Shown here piece after piece: positions 59,604-64,000 of a stretch of DNA of 64,000 nucleotides. Source of the DNA: a virus; the IMG/VR virus record IMGVR_UViG_3300040751_004835, positions 1 to 64,000 of that record. One strand, written 5' to 3'. The number at the start of each line of letters is the position of its first letter. The first letter of the stretch is position 1. A program made the translations under genes and the position numbers. The notes beneath the pieces are model-generated. The model was given only the letters and a program-made list of their open reading frames with translations. It ran no database searches and had not been told where the DNA came from.

Positions 59604-59930
59604 TTATTTTTCTTCAGAGGTCTTGGCAGTTGGTGAAAGTTCTTCGTGTATTCTTTTCTTTAAATACTTTACCAGGTTTTTTGGAGCCTCGCCTCTTTTT
59701 ACCATTTCGGAAAATTCCTGTTCTTCAGCTAGAGTATCTAAATAGTTATAAAGATCTGTGCTTTGGAACATTGAATCAACTACCTGTGGGGTTTGCGTGT
59801 AAGCAGGTCTGTAGTTTCTAGAATTGACATTATCCTTGTACCATTCTCCCGGGACAACCACGCTTCCAGGTGCTGCTGAAATATAATATTCATTAAGGAA
59901 ATTCTCGAAACTTTTGATCCTGCTATCCAT
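59604..59930 (-). CDS. Probable internal head protein
   Basis: Likely start MDSRIKSFENFLNE at 59930; minus-strand GATATATA at 59941-59948. Confidence 0.5.
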   Translation of the reverse strand: MDSRIKSFENFLNEYYISAAPGSVVVPGEWYKDNVNSRNYRPAYTQTPQVVDSMFQSTDLYNYLDTLAEEQEFSEMVKRGEAPKNLVKYLKKRIHEELSPTAKTSEEK

Positions 59931-59990
59931 AAGTATGTTGTATATATCTTTTGAGATCCTCTCCAAAGATGTACTCTCAAATTTTATTCC

Positions 59991-61403
59991 ATGATTGTAG
60001 ATATTGAAAATAAAGGAACATATTTAAAGGTATCATCATACTCTGAAGATGGTGATTTAATTTTTGTTGATGTTCCAGTCCCGGAAGAAGAGAGATTTAT
60101 TTGGGAAAAGTGCTCACCCAATGATAGGAGAAAAGAAGCTGATTGGCATTCTTGGGATGGAATGCCTGTTAGAAAGGTCAACACTCAGAAGTATGACAAA
60201 TATAGGATGGTTCAGATTCTGGAAGAAGCTGATCCAGAGCTAACTAAGTCCCTTTGGGATTTCCAGATTCCAAAAAAATACTTTGTGGATATTGAGGTCG
60301 AGATGACCGACGAAATGGGGGATTCTTTGGATACTGCTAATGCTAAGAATAAAGTACTTTCGATCGGTATTGCAACCGATAGATGTAAGTCGATAATTCT
60401 AGGACTGGACCCACTTTCAGCTGAAGAACAAGCAGACATTTACAAAAAGACCAATGAGTACTTGGAGCCGATGGGAGATGAATGGTCTTTCAAGTACCAT
60501 CAGTTTGAGTCGGAGTATGATATGCTTTATACTTTCTTCAAGAAATTGGCTCCTAAAATGCCACTGATTACCGGATGGAACTGGTTTGGGTATGACTGGC
60601 CGTATCTGGTTAATCGTGCTAAGAGACTTGGTATCGACCCCAAGGTAATTTCACCAGCCAATTGGCTTATAGGTAAGAACAATCTTCCCATGCACTTACT
60701 AATGGTCGATTATCTTGAGATCTATAAAAAATGGGATCGAACAATTAAGATCAAGGAGAGCAATAGATTGGACTACGTAGCGGAAAAGGCTACAGGATTA
60801 AAGAAGATAGTATATGAAGGATCTTTGAGGGACCTTTACCAGTCTGACTTCCCTAAGTTTATTCTTTACAACGTAATTGACTGTGCTCTTGTCCACTATA
60901 TTGATGTGAAGCTAAAAACGCTGTTAACTTATTTTAAAATAGCCAACCTCAACCGTGTTGAAATCAGTAGGGCACTTTCTCCAGTGTGGGCGACTGAGGT
61001 TATGATGCTCAAAAAGTTCTTGGAGAGGAATCAGGTCTTTGTGAATGAGAGGAAGGAAGAAAGTCATGTCAAGTTTATTGGTGGATATGTGAAAGAGCCT
61101 ATCAAGGGACTACACGAATGGGTTGCTTGTTACGACTTTGCTTCACTATACCCAAACACGATTGTCCAATGGGGTATTTCTCCGGAGGTTTATAAGGGTA
61201 AACTTGGAAAAGATATATCTGAAGCCAAAGAGGGATGGGTGAAAACCTCTTCCACTGCTCTTTTTGGTGGGGATGATGAAAGTCCAATTCTGAAGACAAT
61301 AATTAAGGATCTGTACTCAAAAAGGAAAGCAACAAAAAAGAGAATGCTTGAGTTACAAATAGAAATTGACGGATTGGAGAAACAATTGAAAAAATTAACA
61401 TAG
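59991..61403 (+). CDS. Family B DNA polymerase, N-terminal subunit (exonuclease + motif A) of a split gp43
   Basis: ExoI DIEVE, ExoII GWNWFGYDWPYL, ExoIII YNVID and motif A DFASLYP; ends in the fingers helix before motifs B/C. Confidence 0.85.
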   Translation: MIVDIENKGTYLKVSSYSEDGDLIFVDVPVPEEERFIWEKCSPNDRRKEADWHSWDGMPVRKVNTQKYDKYRMVQILEEADPELTKSLWDFQIPKKYFVDIEVEMTDEMGDSLDTANAKNKVLSIGIATDRCKSIILGLDPLSAEEQADIYKKTNEYLEPMGDEWSFKYHQFESEYDMLYTFFKKLAPKMPLITGWNWFGYDWPYLVNRAKRLGIDPKVISPANWLIGKNNLPMHLLMVDYLEIYKKWDRTIKIKESNRLDYVAEKATGLKKIVYEGSLRDLYQSDFPKFILYNVIDCALVHYIDVKLKTLLTYFKIANLNRVEISRALSPVWATEVMMLKKFLERNQVFVNERKEESHVKFIGGYVKEPIKGLHEWVACYDFASLYPNTIVQWGISPEVYKGKLGKDISEAKEGWVKTSSTALFGGDDESPILKTIIKDLYSKRKATKKRMLELQIEIDGLEKQLKKLT

Positions 61404-61440
61404 AATTTTCCTAAAATCACCGCACTTTAGGGACCCACTT

Positions 61441-61448
61441 GATATATA
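61441..61448 (+). promoter_or_regulatory. Putative phage promoter GATATATA
   Basis: Recurring octamer in the gap upstream of 61501. Confidence 0.55.
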
Positions 61449-61500
61449 AAAAACCTAGAGACGGGAAGGGATTTTAAAAAACTATTGCAAACAAACAAAT

Positions 61501-61968
61501 ATGGCAAATACAGATAATCAATGTGCAGACCTACAGATCGAAAACCTTTATCCCGAATCTAAAGATACTCTAGGCGACATTCTAAATCTTCAGGCAGAAA
61601 CCCAGAAGAATGTTTATGGTTACAACTTCGACGAGATGTCTCTAAGAGACCTTATGGAGTTTTGGCACATGAACAATCACGCATTAATCGACGAGATCCA
61701 CGAGGCAACTGATGCTCTCGGTGGTATTAAAGACGGTAACGGAAACGCTATTTGGAAAAGGTGGAAAAGTGCATATACCACTTATTCAGACAAAAGCTTT
61801 TCTGACCTCTCTGAATCCGACAAAATGGAGTGCAAGTTTGAAATTGTAGACATGCTACATTTCTTTATGAACTATGCAGCCTCCATAGGAATGACCTCCC
61901 AGGAAATGTACAACATGTACATGAGTAAGAACGAGGAAAATCGTCGAAGACAGGCAAACAATTACTAA
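61501..61968 (+). CDS. All-alpha dUTPase/dCTPase (T4 gp56-like)
   Basis: DEIHEATDAL..WKRWK..EIVDMLHFF..YMSKNEENRRRQANNY. Confidence 0.8.
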   Translation: MANTDNQCADLQIENLYPESKDTLGDILNLQAETQKNVYGYNFDEMSLRDLMEFWHMNNHALIDEIHEATDALGGIKDGNGNAIWKRWKSAYTTYSDKSFSDLSESDKMECKFEIVDMLHFFMNYAASIGMTSQEMYNMYMSKNEENRRRQANNY

Positions 61969-61994
61969 ACTAAAAAAAAACAAAGTATTAAATT

Positions 61995-62978
61995 ATGAAG
62001 GAGGACTATTCGCTACCGGAACCGATTTTACAAGAAAATCCTAACAGATTTGTTATATTTCCTATCCAACACCAGGAGATTTGGGAGATGTACAAAAACC
62101 AGGAAGCTTGTATCTGGACAGCAGAAGAAATTGACCTTTCGGCAGATATTGACGATTGGAGAAACAAGTTGAATGACAACGAAAGACACTTTATCAAGCA
62201 TGTGTTGGCATTCTTTGCTGCATCAGACGGTATTGTGAATGAGAACTTAGCTGAAAATTTTGTCAGGGAGGTGCAATACTCGGAAGCTAAATTCTTCTAC
62301 GGGTTCCAGATTATGATGGAGAACATCCATTCTGAGACCTACTCACTTCTGATTGATACCTATATTTCTGATCAAGCTGAGAAGAAAATGCTTTTCAATG
62401 CAATTGAAACTATCCCAGCAGTTAAGAAAAAAGCTGAATGGGCTTTAAAGTGGGTTGAATCTGAGCATTTCCAAGAGAGACTAGTTGCCTTCGCAGCAGT
62501 GGAGGGTATATTCTTCTCTGGTTCTTTCTGTTCAATCTTCTGGCTTAAAAAGCGTGGATTGATGCCTGGATTAAGCTTCTCAAACGAACTTATTTCAAGA
62601 GACGAAGGTATGCACTGTGACTTTGCAGTACTCCTACACAACAAATACCTAGCTAATAAGGTATCTGAGGAGAGAATCAAAGAAATCATTCTCAGTGCAC
62701 TGGAGATTGAAAAGGAATTTATTACTGAATCTTTGCCTGTTAAGCTAATCGGTATGAACCAAGATCTTATGAAACAATACTTAGAGTTTGTTGCTGACAG
62801 ATTGCTTGTAGATCTTGGATGTCCAAAGGTTTTCAATGCAGAAAACCCATTTGACTTTATGGCAAACATTTCTTTACAAGGTAAGACCAACTTCTTTGAA
62901 AAAAGAGTTGGAGAATACCAAAAAGCTGGAGTGAAAAATTCCTCCGAAAATGCGTTCGATATGGACGTAGACTTCTAA
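61995..62978 (+). CDS. nrdB: Ribonucleotide reductase class Ia beta subunit
   Basis: [45 protein letters not shown] and [13 protein letters not shown]. Confidence 0.97.
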   Translation: MKEDYSLPEPILQENPNRFVIFPIQHQEIWEMYKNQEACIWTAEEIDLSADIDDWRNKLNDNERHFIKHVLAFFAASDGIVNENLAENFVREVQYSEAKFFYGFQIMMENIHSETYSLLIDTYISDQAEKKMLFNAIETIPAVKKKAEWALKWVESEHFQERLVAFAAVEGIFFSGSFCSIFWLKKRGLMPGLSFSNELISRDEGMHCDFAVLLHNKYLANKVSEERIKEIILSALEIEKEFITESLPVKLIGMNQDLMKQYLEFVADRLLVDLGCPKVFNAENPFDFMANISLQGKTNFFEKRVGEYQKAGVKNSSENAFDMDVDF

Positions 62979-62994
62979 AAAAATAAAAGCAAGC

Positions 62995-64000
62995 ATGTAC
63001 GTAACTAAGAGAGACGGATCCAAAGAAGCGGTTAGATTCGATAAGATTTCTAATCGTGTAAAAAAGATGACTTATGGCCTGAACAACGACTTTGTTGATT
63101 GGATGGGCATTTCACAAAAAGTAATCGCGGGAATTTATGATGGAATTTCGACCGGGGAGTTAGATAATCTAGCTGCTGAAACCTCAGCATCACTTATTCC
63201 AAGTCACCCAGACCATTCAATTTTGGCAGCAAGAATTGCTATTTCTAGATTGCATAAGTCTACAAAGAAGAAATTTTCTGAAACGATTGAGGATTTATAT
63301 TCCTACATCGACCCAGAAACTAATAAGCCTGCAGGTCTTATTGGTGATGAAACCTACGAGGTAATAATGAAGAATAAGAAAAAATTTGATTCTGCCATTA
63401 TACATGATAGGGATTTCAACTTCGAATACTTTGGATTCAAAACGCTTGAAAAAAGTTACCTCCTTAAAATGCATGGAATGCCAGCAGAAACCCCACAACA
63501 TATGTACATGCGTGTTGCGGTAGGTATCTGGGGAGATGATATTAAAAATGCTCTCAAAACATATGAGCTTCTCTCAACTCATATGATGACACATGCAACT
63601 CCAACGCTATTTAATTCCGGTACTAAAAAACCACAGCTATCTTCCTGTTTCCTTTTAACTATGCAGGAAGATTCTATTCCTGGAATCTACAAGACTCTTT
63701 CTGATGTTGCTATGATTTCTCAGAATGCTGGTGGTATTGGTCTTGCTATCCACAACGTAAGATCAACCGGTTCTTATATCAGAGGTACAAACGGTAAATC
63801 AAACGGTATTGTACCTATGCTTAAAGTATTCAACGAAACTGCAAGATATGTTGACCAAGGTGGCGGTAAAAGAAAAGGATCTTTTGCTATCTACTTAGAG
63901 CCATGGCACGCTGATGTTGAAGATTTCTTAGATCTAAGAAAGAACACAGGTAAGGAAGAAAGAAGAGCTAGAGACCTGTTCCTTGCTCTTTGGGTTTCTG
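62995..64000 (+). CDS. nrdA: Ribonucleotide reductase class Ia alpha subunit, 3'-partial (not in the ORF track)
   Basis: Manual translation: [18 protein letters not shown] (ATP cone)...[42 protein letters not shown]. Confidence 0.95.
   Translation, partial: MYVTKRDGSKEAVRFDKISNRVKKMTYGLNNDFVDWMGISQKVIAGIYDGISTGELDNLAAETSASLIPSHPDHSILAARIAISRLHKSTKKKFSETIEDLYSYIDPETNKPAGLIGDETYEVIMKNKKKFDSAIIHDRDFNFEYFGFKTLEKSYLLKMHGMPAETPQHMYMRVAVGIWGDDIKNALKTYELLSTHMMTHATPTLFNSGTKKPQLSSCFLLTMQEDSIPGIYKTLSDVAMISQNAGGIGLAIHNVRSTGSYIRGTNGKSNGIVPMLKVFNETARYVDQGGGKRKGSFAIYLEPWHADVEDFLDLRKNTGKEERRARDLFLALWVS

Noticed and set aside
61401-61500. TAG readthrough or stop-codon recoding extending the DNA polymerase
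   Set aside because: Another TAG and then a TGA follow in frame within about 40 nt, with no motif B. Long ORFs throughout the window are intact in the standard code, and several genes end normally in TAG.
62372-62890. Long antisense ORFs (also 5788-6198, 43773-44180, 53127-53507, 56082-56525 and others)
   Set aside because: They lie opposite well-supported genes, lack recognisable motifs, and are expected from codon bias.
1-64000. tRNA/rRNA genes, introns, inteins, homing endonucleases, transposases
   Set aside because: Intergenic gaps are nearly all under 100 nt and show no cloverleaf or intron signatures. The helicase, primase, NrdB and the visible part of NrdA are of normal length. A tRNAscan/Infernal run would be needed to exclude them formally.
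61995-64000. Eukaryotic or NCLDV origin suggested by eukaryote-like RNR and MBD4-like genes
   Set aside because: Surrounding T4-like gp5/gp6/gp13/gp25/gp32/UvsW genes, operonic overlaps and intrinsic terminators indicate a tailed bacteriophage. This RNR subtype is also common in Bacteroidota.

Overview
AT-rich, gene-dense 64-kb segment of a large (jumbo-type) T4-like myovirus genome in the standard genetic code. The host is inferred to be a Bacteroidota bacterium: A-rich starts lack Shine-Dalgarno motifs, and Hc1-like and DUF4494-like genes are present. Bases 1-42 kb are a virion module: spike, gp13/gp25/gp6/gp3-like genes, very large baseplate/fibre proteins and collagen fibres, interrupted by a ribosomal protein S1-like gene, a degenerate amidoligase and an inverted PhoH + GT2 pair. 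Bases 42-64 kb hold replication and nucleotide genes (RuvC, gp32, primase, UvsY, UvsW, an N-terminal half PolB, a gp56-like dNTPase, NrdB/NrdA) and a block of probable internal head proteins. Top finding: a five-gene cassette between RuvC and gp32 in which a RuBisCO-like protein (form IV, lacking carboxylase residues) is coupled to a sugar nucleotidyltransferase, a cupin, a GDPD-like enzyme and a glycosyltransferase-like gene. This looks like a phage sugar-synthesis and transfer pathway, and a G-x-T-G/A motif scattered through the virion proteins is a candidate acceptor. Second finding: a probably virion-packaged module of three nucleotidyltransferase folds (Pol-beta NTase, plus an RNA-ligase-like domain fused to a HIGH-type cytidylyltransferase). 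All calls come from motif recognition by eye; no database searches were run.
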